53,574 nt of DNA from Minisyncoccota bacterium. Lineage in GTDB: Bacteria > Patescibacteriota > Minisyncoccia > Phycocordibacterales > UBA9973. Below are positions 15,421 to 23,763 of the stretch, piece after piece. Under the pieces are notes generated by a model. The model searched no databases and had not been told where the DNA came from. It saw nothing but the letters and a program-made list of their open reading frames with translations. How positions within the stretch are numbered: position 1 is the stretch's first letter; the number at the start of each line of letters is the position of its first letter. Made by a program: the position numbers and the translations under genes. Where the stretch lies: contig JAGOPQ010000002.1 in NCBI GenBank assembly GCA_017991915.1, positions 1-53,574 of the forward strand, read 5' to 3'.

Positions 15421-17514
15421 TTATTCTAATATTTTTCTTAATACATCTTCGGGTACTTCACGGATTTTCTTTGGTGCGCTTTCAGTAGAAGGAGCCGGTG
15501 TTGGGGTTTCAATTTTTGGTTGCGGAGTTGGTGCTGGTTTGGGTGCAGGTGGAGGAGTTGGGATCGGTGTAGCAATCGGAGCAGTTTTCGCTATCAGATC
15601 CTTTAGCTTGTTCATTTCTTCTGGCGTTGCAGCTCTGTCTTTTGTATTAGCAATCACCTCTTTTGGTTTATCCTTTAGAATATTTATTGATACGGGTGGT
15701 GGTGTAGGCTTGGCCACAGGGGTGACTTCTGCTACCTTGTCTCCACTCATTGTTTTATTTAGGATTTCTTTTAAAGCTGGATTTTCGTTTCTAGATTTGG
15801 GTTTGTCATGTGAAAAAACTTTCTTGATTCCAGAAAGAATTCCATCTTTTCTCTTTGGCTCTGAATTATTATTTTTAGCTGAGTGAGCATTCGCGCGTTC
15901 GGGATGTCTCTCACCAGTTTTTTCTTCTTCAACGTTTTCGGATTTGAATTCTATACCCAAGTCCGCAAGTGGTTTGTAGAATTTTGCATCATCTCTTTTG
16001 CTTGGCTGGTTTAGTTCTTTGCTATTGTTTACTTTTATTTCTCCAGATTTTATTTTTGCTACGCATTCTTTGCAGTATACTGATCGGCCCGGTTCTGGCT
16101 TGAATGGTACTGTCTTCTCTAGTCCACAAGCTGAACATATGATAGGGAACTTCCCTACTTCTCCACCGCTTCCTCCGCCTGATGGTGCGAAATCTCCGAG
16201 TGACATTCCACTCCAATCATTTATTTCTTTCTCCACTGCTTCTCTGGGTTTACAATAAAGCTCACGGGAAGATGCGATAACTCCATCTTCTACAGACTGG
16301 TCATTCTTCTTTGCCATCGGTGGCAGTGTGCGTGCAGAAAACGGACGTGAGGTGACGCCGTCTATCATTAGCTTCAAATATATTTTGTAGTTTGGCAGGT
16401 TCACTATGTCACTCGGGGTGAACTCTGGATCAAATTCTTTTTCCAAGAAATCTGCATCATCAGAACCCACTCGGAAAACTATCATCGTACCCACGTTGCC
16501 GAAGACAGCGTCACGCACAGCAGAGCTCTTGTCAGAGATAAGCTGGGCGGTGTATTGGTGCGCCACAGTCAGGTTTAAGCGGTATTTACGAGCTTCGGAC
16601 AAAATACCGGCAAAGGCGTCGGTGACGAAGTTTTGGAATTCGTCCACGTATAGGTAGAAGTCTTTACGTTCATCTTCAGGGATACGCACGCGCTCCATGG
16701 CCGCGAGCTGGATCTTGGTGATAATCATACCTCCCAAGAGTGCAGAATTGTCCTCACCTATTCTTCCTTTGGACACATTCACTAGGAAAACTTTTCCTTC
16801 GTTCATGATGTCAAAAATATTTATTGTACTTTGTTGTTGGCCGACTACGTTGCGGATGATAGAAGTAGACAAGAATTGACCGACTTTATTTTGAATCGGA
16901 GCGATGGCTTCATTTCTAAATTTTTCTTGCCATGCCTCGTACTCGTGCACCCAAAAAGCCTTGATGACTGGATCTTTCAAGTTGTTTATGATTTTCTGTC
17001 GGTAATCTTTGTCTACTAGCATTCTAGGAATGCCGAGGAGTGTGGTGCCCGGAGTGTCTAGGAGCGCCAGAATACAATTGTTCAAAATGTATTCCATTCT
17101 GGCAGACCAAGCGTTTGCCCAAATCTTGGTGAATATTCCCATGAGTCCAGAGGCTACGAGGTGTTTGTATTTTGGATCAATCAATTCTAGAACGTTGAAG
17201 CCGATGTGGTAGTCCGTATCTGCTGGGTTGAAATATATGACATCCTTCACGCGATGAAGTGGAATAGCGGAGAGAACTTCTTCTACGAGCTCGCCGTGTG
17301 GATCTACCACGCAGACACCCTCACCATTTCGGATGTTCTGGATGATCATGTTGAACATGAGCACAGATTTACCTGTTCCAGATTTTCCGAGGATGTAGAC
17401 ATGCTGACGGCGGTCTTTGCGCTTGATACCAAAAAGAGTGTTCTTGTCTCTAAAAGTAGAGAGCCCAAGATACGTGATATCTCTGTTCATTGGTATTTCG
17501 GGAACGTCAGCCAT
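15421..17514 (-). CDS. VirD4/TraG/HerA-like P-loop ATPase, paralog 2, with a C-terminal zinc ribbon and Pro-rich tail
   Basis: The protein has Walker A (ILGKSGTGKS), CVVDPHGE and Walker B (FYLYVDEFQN). About 250 extra residues follow, containing CSACGLEKTVPFKPEPGRSVYCKEC and PIATPIPTPPPAPKPAPTPQPKIETPTPAP. Confidence 0.75.
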   Translation of the reverse strand: MADVPEIPMNRDITYLGLSTFRDKNTLFGIKRKDRRQHVYILGKSGTGKSVLMFNMIIQNIRNGEGVCVVDPHGELVEEVLSAIPLHRVKDVIYFNPADTDYHIGFNVLELIDPKYKHLVASGLMGIFTKIWANAWSARMEYILNNCILALLDTPGTTLLGIPRMLVDKDYRQKIINNLKDPVIKAFWVHEYEAWQEKFRNEAIAPIQNKVGQFLSTSIIRNVVGQQQSTINIFDIMNEGKVFLVNVSKGRIGEDNSALLGGMIITKIQLAAMERVRIPEDERKDFYLYVDEFQNFVTDAFAGILSEARKYRLNLTVAHQYTAQLISDKSSAVRDAVFGNVGTMIVFRVGSDDADFLEKEFDPEFTPSDIVNLPNYKIYLKLMIDGVTSRPFSARTLPPMAKKNDQSVEDGVIASSRELYCKPREAVEKEINDWSGMSLGDFAPSGGGSGGEVGKFPIICSACGLEKTVPFKPEPGRSVYCKECVAKIKSGEIKVNNSKELNQPSKRDDAKFYKPLADLGIEFKSENVEEEKTGERHPERANAHSAKNNNSEPKRKDGILSGIKKVFSHDKPKSRNENPALKEILNKTMSGDKVAEVTPVAKPTPPPVSINILKDKPKEVIANTKDRAATPEEMNKLKDLIAKTAPIATPIPTPPPAPKPAPTPQPKIETPTPAPSTESAPKKIREVPEDVLRKILE

Positions 17515-17565
17515 ATAAAGAGTATTTTACAATAAAATTAAGTTTTATGCCATACAAAAACTATA

Positions 17566-17592
17566 AACCGCCTGAAGAATACATTGGCGGAT
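17566..17592 (-). terminator. Candidate terminator of GC-island gene 2
   Basis: The minus strand has a CCGCC..13 nt..GGCGG stem followed by tttatagttttt. Confidence 0.4.
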
Positions 17593-17628
17593 TCTTTCAA
17601 GCGGTTGATGACGCGGATATTCTTTTTT

Positions 17629-17668
17629 CGCACGAACGGAGTCCGGCAACTTTAACCCCGTTCGTATG
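17629..17668 (-). other. Strong hairpin in the 3' UTR of island gene 2
   Basis: The stem is gcaCGAACGG / CCGTTCGtatgc (8 bp plus 2 bp) with an 18-nt loop, starting 12 nt after the stop codon. Confidence 0.4.
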
Positions 17669-17679
17669 CAGTCACTGCG

Positions 17680-17973
17680 CTAGACCATGGGTCGGAGTAG
17701 TGACCAGTGGATCTTGCGGATCTCTCCTTCCCACCCGTGTGGTTCGAGGCCGTCCTCCTTGTTCCACGGTCTGCGGAGTGGTTCGCCGTTGTGCAGGAGG
17801 GTGACAGCAAAATCTCCCCCCGTAAATGCCTCCTTCGAGAGTACAACAAAGTACCCCCTGCCGTAGGTGTCTACGAGATCTTGGTGAATCCCCTTGAGGT
17901 TCCATGGAACAAGCTCAGCGGGGACGAAAGTCACGGGCATCCATTCTTCTGGGTCGAGCTTTCGTTGCGACAT
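17680..17973 (-). CDS. Orphan 98-aa protein on GC-rich island 2, family not recognised
   Basis: The ATG at 17973 is preceded by AGGGAGA, 6 nt upstream. The protein MSQRKLDPEEWMPVTFVPAELVPWNLKG... is Trp-rich and not low-complexity. G/C dominates third codon positions. Confidence 0.55.
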   Translation of the reverse strand: MSQRKLDPEEWMPVTFVPAELVPWNLKGIHQDLVDTYGRGYFVVLSKEAFTGGDFAVTLLHNGEPLRRPWNKEDGLEPHGWEGEIRKIHWSLLRPMV

Positions 17974-18017
17974 CGCGAATCTCCCTGGAGGTGGTGGAAC
18001 TATGTGGCTCTGTTTGT

Positions 18018-18045
18018 ACTTTACAACATTATTTTTAATAAGCAA
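18018..18045 (-). promoter_or_regulatory. Candidate promoter TTGCTT-16-TAAAGT for island gene 2
   Basis: The minus strand reads TTGCTTattaaaaataatgttgTAAAGT. The predicted leader is about 38 nt. Confidence 0.35.
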
Positions 18046-18153
18046 GAAAAGACCAAATACTTATTCTAGTTAAACTATTTACAATTCACAAATCACATAT
18101 TAAAATAATAATATTACAAGTCGAATATTATAAATTAATATTTAACACTAAAT

Positions 18154-18585
18154 ATGAAAAAACTATCTAGGAATAAAGGTTTTACGTTGATTGAAATCTT
18201 AGTCGTAATCGGAATAATTGCAATCTTAGCTACTATAGTTATCATTGCCATTAATCCTTCTCGTCAATTCAAACAAGCTCGAGACACTCAAAGAACCAGC
18301 AACGTAAATGCCATCTTAAATGCAATCGGCCAATACGTAGCTGATAACAAAGGTGACTTACCTTCTGTGCCATCTGGTGAAGTAAACCAAGCTTTGTGTG
18401 ATGATTTAGTTCCTATGTACCTGCCATCTCTACCCACAGATCCAAATTCTGATTCCAAGGGTTCTTCTATCACCTGTTCAGGAATTAGCACAAATGATGT
18501 TGGTTATGATACTAGTGTAAGTGGCGGAAGAGTTACTGTTTCTGCTCCTGATGCAGAACTTTCAACAATTTCAGTTACTCGCTAA
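18154..18585 (+). CDS. Type IV pilin (major-pilin-like)
   Basis: The N-terminus is MKKLSRNKG|FTLIEILVVIGIIAILATIVIIAI, a canonical prepilin leader with Glu5. Two Cys lie in the C-terminal part. Confidence 0.85.
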   Translation: MKKLSRNKGFTLIEILVVIGIIAILATIVIIAINPSRQFKQARDTQRTSNVNAILNAIGQYVADNKGDLPSVPSGEVNQALCDDLVPMYLPSLPTDPNSDSKGSSITCSGISTNDVGYDTSVSGGRVTVSAPDAELSTISVTR

Positions 18586-18607
18586 ATATAATTGATTAAA
18601 TATAAAT

Positions 18608-20305
18608 TTATTTAAAATACTCGGGTGTATTTAGAGACATCCAATCAAGGAGTCCACGCATAACCGACGAAGCACTAACAGTACCAGTACTTGGGCCAGA
18701 TTCCATCATTACAGTAAAAGCATACTTCGGATTTTCGTATGGAAAAAATCCAACAATCCAAGAGTTAACTCTATTTTTTAAGGCACCCAATTGGGCTGTA
18801 CCGGACTTAGCGGCAACCTCGACATAAGGCACATTTAACGCCACAGCAGTGCCGTAACTAACTGCTTGTCGCATTCCCTCGTGCACAACATCATAATATT
18901 CCTTGGGGATGTCTTTTGATAAGTTTCTTTTTTCAGTTTCAGTACCAAGAATAAAATGCGGAGTTAATAGTGTGCCGTTATTTGCAAGTCCTGCTACGGC
19001 ACGATTTATCTCCATTGGTGTAACTTGAAATCCATACTGCCCTATCGAAGTGTTAAATGTATCTCCGAGCCTCCATGGATCGCCTTTAAAATTTTTCAAC
19101 TTCCAGTCTGGATTCGGAATAACTCCATTTTTTTCATCGGGTAGATCTACTCCAGTCTCCTCCCCCATACCAAATAGCTTTGAATATTCTTCAATTTTCA
19201 AAACACCAAGTCCTTTTTGGTCTTCAAATCCTCCTCCGATAGAATAAAAATAAACGTCGCTAGATACTGCAATAGCCTGCTTCATATCTGTCCAACCGTG
19301 AGCCTTCCAGTCTTTAAAAATGCTTGGTTTATCTGGAAAATATGGATTCGGAATCGAGATTGAACCAGTAGATAATATTTTTTTGTTGGGGTCAATAATT
19401 CCCTCCACAAGAGCACCCAACGCAACAAATGGCTTTACAATAGACCCTGGAGTATATAGGCCAGAAATAGTTCTATCGAGAAGAACCTTCCTCTTATCCG
19501 AGAAGTAGCCGTTAATAACGCTTCGATCTTTTCCTTGAGATAAAACCTGGGAATCATATTCAGGATAGCTCGTGGAAACCAAAACTTCACCTGTGTTCAC
19601 GTCCATTATCACCCCGGCTCCACCGGTAAATGAAAAATTCTCAGAAGCACTCTTGATTAAGTTGAAAAGCTCACCTTGAATTCTAGCATCCATCGTGGTA
19701 ACTAGATCGTCTCCTCGCACTGGAGCATTGACTATGTTTTCTGAATGAGTTTTCTTTAGCGCATCTGTTTCCACTATCTTTGAACCATTCGTTCCAGTCA
19801 TTTTATCATTGTATTGTTTTTCCAACCCGTCCTTACCTATAAACTCACTTTGCCAAAAATTACCCACTTTATCTTGAGCTGGATAACTAACATAGCCGAG
19901 TACGTGCGAAAATCCCGGTGTTTTGTAAACACGCGTCGGGAATACTTCTGCCCCTTCTCCTTCTTTTGTATTCCAAGCAAGCTCTATTTTATTTCTATCA
20001 TAAATAATACCTCGATCAGCAAAAATTATTTGCTTTTCTAAAACATTATTTTCACTTCTTTGCAGATAAGCCTCACCTTTGGAAATTTGCAACCAACCGA
20101 GACGAACCCCAAACAACACCGTCAAAATCATAAAAAAAGAACCGAGTATAAATACAGTTTGTTTGGAAATTGGTTTTTCGATGCGTCCCTCAAATTGCTG
20201 ACGATCAAAATTTTGCAAATTCTTTGAATCAAGAAAAATCTCGTCTGGTTCTACAAAGAAATTGGCGTTTTTTATTTTATTTTTTCTTAATAAACGTCTA
20301 ATCAT
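18608..20305 (-). CDS. Penicillin-binding protein 2 / FtsI-class transpeptidase
   Basis: The protein has an N-terminal TM anchor, a PBP dimerisation region, and the transpeptidase motifs STxK-like (GSIVKP), SxN-like and KSGTA. Confidence 0.88.
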   Translation of the reverse strand: MIRRLLRKNKIKNANFFVEPDEIFLDSKNLQNFDRQQFEGRIEKPISKQTVFILGSFFMILTVLFGVRLGWLQISKGEAYLQRSENNVLEKQIIFADRGIIYDRNKIELAWNTKEGEGAEVFPTRVYKTPGFSHVLGYVSYPAQDKVGNFWQSEFIGKDGLEKQYNDKMTGTNGSKIVETDALKKTHSENIVNAPVRGDDLVTTMDARIQGELFNLIKSASENFSFTGGAGVIMDVNTGEVLVSTSYPEYDSQVLSQGKDRSVINGYFSDKRKVLLDRTISGLYTPGSIVKPFVALGALVEGIIDPNKKILSTGSISIPNPYFPDKPSIFKDWKAHGWTDMKQAIAVSSDVYFYSIGGGFEDQKGLGVLKIEEYSKLFGMGEETGVDLPDEKNGVIPNPDWKLKNFKGDPWRLGDTFNTSIGQYGFQVTPMEINRAVAGLANNGTLLTPHFILGTETEKRNLSKDIPKEYYDVVHEGMRQAVSYGTAVALNVPYVEVAAKSGTAQLGALKNRVNSWIVGFFPYENPKYAFTVMMESGPSTGTVSASSVMRGLLDWMSLNTPEYFK

Positions 20306-20580
20306 TTAGTTAATTTTTTATTATAGAATATGGATTTACTTTTAAAAATTTCAACTGCTGTGAGCATGGCCATAGATATAAGCAAAGAAATAAAAAGAAT
20401 ATCAGAAAATCTCCCTTCTGTAACTCCGAAAAGTAGATCAGAGAATAGAAAAATCACAACGGCCTCTATAAACATGGGGAAAGCCAACATGCCTATGAAC
20501 GCCAACAATAAAGACACCCAAAAAGGCATGAAAATTATTGATAAAATCAACACCAATACTATGCAAATCCGAAGCGTCAT
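20302..20580 (-). CDS. Small three-TM membrane protein (position suggests MreD-like)
   Basis: The protein is 92 aa and almost entirely hydrophobic. It overlaps the PBP2 start by 4 nt. The MreD suggestion rests on context only. Confidence 0.45.
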   Translation of the reverse strand: MTLRICIVLVLILSIIFMPFWVSLLLAFIGMLAFPMFIEAVVIFLFSDLLFGVTEGRFSDILFISLLISMAMLTAVEIFKSKSIFYNKKLTK

Positions 20581-20625
20581 ATATCCATATTACACGCTTA
20601 TTACTAAAATACAAAATTTCAGTAA

Positions 20626-20973
20626 TTAGAAAAAGAACCTCCAGATAGAACGAAGTATCATAAACAAAGCTACAAAAAATAGGCCGTAGAATATGAACAC
20701 ATTATTGAAGCTATTCTTTCTAAAATCTTCCAGAAAATTTACAAACCATATGATCGGCTTAGACAAGAACCCGGGTGTATTTTTACCTACGATGGTTTTT
20801 ATTTCTTCAATCTGTTTGTTGTTACCCGTGTTGGTATTTTTATTTTCTACTGGTGTTGTAGTAGTACTGGCAGTAGACTTTGTACTGGTGGCAGCTTGGG
20901 CAACATTTAATTGTGATACGAATATGAAAAGAAAAAATATAGGCAAAAATATAAAGCCAAACTTTTTATGCAT
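20626..20973 (-). CDS. Small secreted/membrane protein with a Thr-rich linker, unknown function
   Basis: The protein has a signal-like N-terminus ending AQA, a TSTKSTASTTTTP stretch and a C-terminal TM helix. Confidence 0.45.
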   Translation of the reverse strand: MHKKFGFIFLPIFFLFIFVSQLNVAQAATSTKSTASTTTTPVENKNTNTGNNKQIEEIKTIVGKNTPGFLSKPIIWFVNFLEDFRKNSFNNVFIFYGLFFVALFMILRSIWRFFF

Positions 20974-20990
20974 ATTTATATTATACGCCT

Positions 20991-22298
20991 TTATTTTTTT
21001 TGAGCTAGTATTATTTCTAAAGCAGATTTTCCTATATCTTTTCTGTATTGCATACCCTCAAACGCTACTTCTGGGACTGCACTATACGCCGTGTACAAGG
21101 CTTCTTTTAGACTGTTGCCTATTGCGCTAACCCCGAGCACTCGCCCGCCGTTTGTAAAATAAGTGCCGTCTTTTTTGGTCACCCCACTATAAAAAACAAC
21201 GATGTTTGGAAAAAGTTCCAAGTCCTTAATCCCAGAAATAACTTTTCCTTTTAGGTATTCGCCCGGATATCCTCCAGACGCCAAGACAAGGTTGCAGGCA
21301 TACATATTTTTCTTCCAACTTATATTTATATCCGAAATTTTTCCATCAATACTAGCATCAACCATGTCTAAGAAATCTGAGTCGAGCAAACGCATGTATG
21401 TCTGGGTTTCGGGATCACCTAAACGAGAGTTGAATTCGAAAACTTTTGGGCCCTCAATGGTCAACATTATTCCCGGATATAAACAACCCACAAAGGGTCT
21501 ACCCTCTTCTCGCATTCCTTTTATGGTTGGTTCAATTATTTCTCTTTCAATACGTGACATCAATGCATCATCCACAAATGGTAATGGTGATATGGTGCCC
21601 ATGCCCCCAGTATTTGGTCCGACGTTGCCATTGTGAATTCTTTTATGATCCTGGGCTGGTGGAAAAATTTTCCAATTTGTTCCGTCGGAAATAGCGTGTA
21701 TAGAAATTTCTACTCCTTTTAAATATTCTTCAATCACAACTTCGTTACCAGAATTTCCGAAAATTTTCACAACCAATATTTTATGTAACGCATCCACAGC
21801 TTCATCTATTGTATGTGCCACAATCACCCCCTTACCGAGAGCTAGCCCACTCGCCTTCACCACCACTGGCACAGGACCATTTTCTACATACGCCTTGGCT
21901 TCTTCAAAATCTCTAAAAACCCGATAGCTGGCTGTCGGTATCTGGTGTCGTTCCATAAAATCCTTGGCGTAAGCCTTGGACCACTCTAGCTCACTTGCAG
22001 CCTTGCTAGGCCCCCATATGCGTAGTTTCTCCGCTTGAAAAGCATCTACGATCCCGAGCGCTAGTGGATCCTCTGGAAGAGCTAGGGTTAAATCAATTTT
22101 TTCTTTTTTAACAAATTCTATTAGGGCGGGTATGTCTGTCGAAGCAATATCTAAATTTAGACCTAGATCTGCGGTACCAGCATTACCTGGAGCAAAAAAT
22201 ATTTGCCCGGCTCGTTCAGATTGAGAAATCTTCCAGGCTACTGCGTGTTCCCTACCACCCGAACCTATTATCAAAATTTTTTGCTTATCTCTTGTCAT
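20991..22298 (-). CDS. purD: Phosphoribosylamine--glycine ligase
   Basis: The protein begins ILIIGSGGREHAVAWK, has an ATP-grasp core, and is colinear over 435 aa. Confidence 0.92.
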   Translation of the reverse strand: MTRDKQKILIIGSGGREHAVAWKISQSERAGQIFFAPGNAGTADLGLNLDIASTDIPALIEFVKKEKIDLTLALPEDPLALGIVDAFQAEKLRIWGPSKAASELEWSKAYAKDFMERHQIPTASYRVFRDFEEAKAYVENGPVPVVVKASGLALGKGVIVAHTIDEAVDALHKILVVKIFGNSGNEVVIEEYLKGVEISIHAISDGTNWKIFPPAQDHKRIHNGNVGPNTGGMGTISPLPFVDDALMSRIEREIIEPTIKGMREEGRPFVGCLYPGIMLTIEGPKVFEFNSRLGDPETQTYMRLLDSDFLDMVDASIDGKISDINISWKKNMYACNLVLASGGYPGEYLKGKVISGIKDLELFPNIVVFYSGVTKKDGTYFTNGGRVLGVSAIGNSLKEALYTAYSAVPEVAFEGMQYRKDIGKSALEIILAQKK

Positions 22299-22314
22299 TT
22301 AAACAGTGTAGTGT

Positions 22315-22899
22315 CTACTCTATGTCTTTGTATTCGTAAACATTCACTCGCGCTGGACGGATTACTCGCTCACCGAGTTTGTATCCTTGTTGAATGACAC
22401 TGGAGACTTTGTGATTCATTTCTTTTTTATCAGTGGGAACCAAATCTATGGATTCATGCACACTTGGATCAAAGTCTTCACCAACTACACCCACTGGCTT
22501 TACACCGTATTCTTCAAAGATTCCATTCATTTGAGAATAAATATATTCCACACCCTTGCGCCAATTTGCATCTACTTTCTCCCAAGCTTCCTTGTTGGCA
22601 AAAGCCATATTGAAACTATCAGCCACGGTGAGGAATCTGGTAATTATTCGCTCGCGCATAGCTTCAGAGAATAGAGACTTGCGTTCGTCTTCTTGTTTTT
22701 TGTAGTTAGCAAAATCAGCTCGCTCTTTCTGCCAACCATTTAAATATTCTTCTTTTTCAGCCTTGGCCTGCTTCAAATCTGCCCTCAATTTCTTGAGAGT
22801 TTTCTTTAAGTCCTCTTCCCCGTCATCATTAAATTCAAATTCTACAACGTCGTCCTCTGTTTCCGCGTCCTCGGGTTTTTTAATTTCTTCGTCATTCAT
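22315..22899 (-). CDS. grpE: Nucleotide exchange factor GrpE
   Basis: The protein has an acidic N-terminus, a coiled coil, RADFANYKKQ and a C-terminal beta domain. Confidence 0.92.
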   Translation of the reverse strand: MNDEEIKKPEDAETEDDVVEFEFNDDGEEDLKKTLKKLRADLKQAKAEKEEYLNGWQKERADFANYKKQEDERKSLFSEAMRERIITRFLTVADSFNMAFANKEAWEKVDANWRKGVEYIYSQMNGIFEEYGVKPVGVVGEDFDPSVHESIDLVPTDKKEMNHKVSSVIQQGYKLGERVIRPARVNVYEYKDIE

Positions 22900-22905
22900 A
22901 TGCCT

Positions 22906-22914
22906 ATACTAGCA
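22906..22914 (-). promoter_or_regulatory. Extended -10 box (TGcTAGTAT) 6 nt upstream of the grpE ATG (leaderless)
   Basis: The minus strand reads gTGcTAGTATaggcatATG. Confidence 0.5.
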
Positions 22915-22915
22915 C

Positions 22916-22945
22916 AAAAATACCCCTGTAAAAAGGGGCATTTTT
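22916..22945 (-). terminator. Intrinsic terminator after rpsI
   Basis: The minus strand reads aaaaaTGCCCCTttttacAGGGGTAtttttg. Confidence 0.6.
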
Positions 22946-22959
22946 GAGTAAATATTTGA

Positions 22960-23379
22960 TTAACGCTTTGACCATTGTGGAGCCTTACGAGCTTTCTTGA
23001 GTCCGAATTTTCTTCGTTCCTTAGCTCTTGGATCTCTTTTAAGGAATCCTAAAGTCTTTAGGTTGTGTCGTAGTTCTCCATCGCTCTCAACCAATGCTCG
23101 GGAAAGTCCGTGTCGTACAGCTTCAGCTTGAGAATGAGTTCCGCCACCAGATACTTTAGCTTCGATAGCCCACTTGGTAACTGGCTTACCTTCGGTAGCA
23201 CCTTTTACCATTGGATCTTGGATCAATCGGCGTTCACCTTCAGTCTGGAAGTAATCCTTTGCATCTTTTTCATTTACCACAAAGCTAGCCTTGGTAGCAG
23301 GGGTGATGCGCACTCTTGCAGTAGAAGTTTTTCTTCGTCCGACTGCTTCTATGTATTTTTCTGTTGATTTATCAGCCAT
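22960..23379 (-). CDS. rpsI: 30S ribosomal protein S9
   Basis: The protein contains GRRKTSTARV, GGGTHSQAEA..HG.SRAL and ends in KKARKAPQWSKR. Confidence 0.95.
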   Translation of the reverse strand: MADKSTEKYIEAVGRRKTSTARVRITPATKASFVVNEKDAKDYFQTEGERRLIQDPMVKGATEGKPVTKWAIEAKVSGGGTHSQAEAVRHGLSRALVESDGELRHNLKTLGFLKRDPRAKERRKFGLKKARKAPQWSKR

Positions 23380-23388
23380 ATAAATATA

Positions 23389-23760
23389 TTAATCTTCTAT
23401 TGTTAAATGCTTCATCATTTCTCGGCGAAGCTTGTTGTCTGGAAGCATTTGGAAAGTCGCAAGCTTTACAAGCTCTTTCATTCCCTTCTTCTCAGCTGTC
23501 TCAGTACCTTTCAATATTCGAAGACCGCCTGGTATACCTGAGTATCGGGTGTGATAAATTTCTTCAAGCTTTCTTGCGGTAATTTTTATCTTGGAAGCAT
23601 TTAAAACCTTTACTGGAAATCCGGAGTAAACATTTCGTTCAAATGTTGGAGATGTCTTACCCATAAGTGACATTGCTACTTCAGAAGCCACGCGTCCTAG
23701 AGTTCGTCCGGAAGCATCGATGGTCTTCAATTCTTTTTTGTTTACAGATACTTTTTTCAT
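23389..23760 (-). CDS. rplM: 50S ribosomal protein L13
   Basis: The protein contains IDASGRTLGRVAS and GMLP-type motifs. It occupies the conserved rplM-rpsI position. Confidence 0.92.
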   Translation of the reverse strand: MKKVSVNKKELKTIDASGRTLGRVASEVAMSLMGKTSPTFERNVYSGFPVKVLNASKIKITARKLEEIYHTRYSGIPGGLRILKGTETAEKKGMKELVKLATFQMLPDNKLRREMMKHLTIED

Positions 23761-23763
23761 ATA

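Noticed and set aside
17490-18069. Alternative ORFs cover island 2: 17490-17804 (+), 17707-18069 (+), 17652-17849 (-) and 17672-17905 (-). The 121-aa version of the called gene starts at 18045.
   Set aside because: The reasoning for the GC-rich antisense frames is the same as above. The 18045 start would place the coding sequence inside the AT-rich promoter region, whereas the ATG at 17973 has a properly spaced AGGGAGA.
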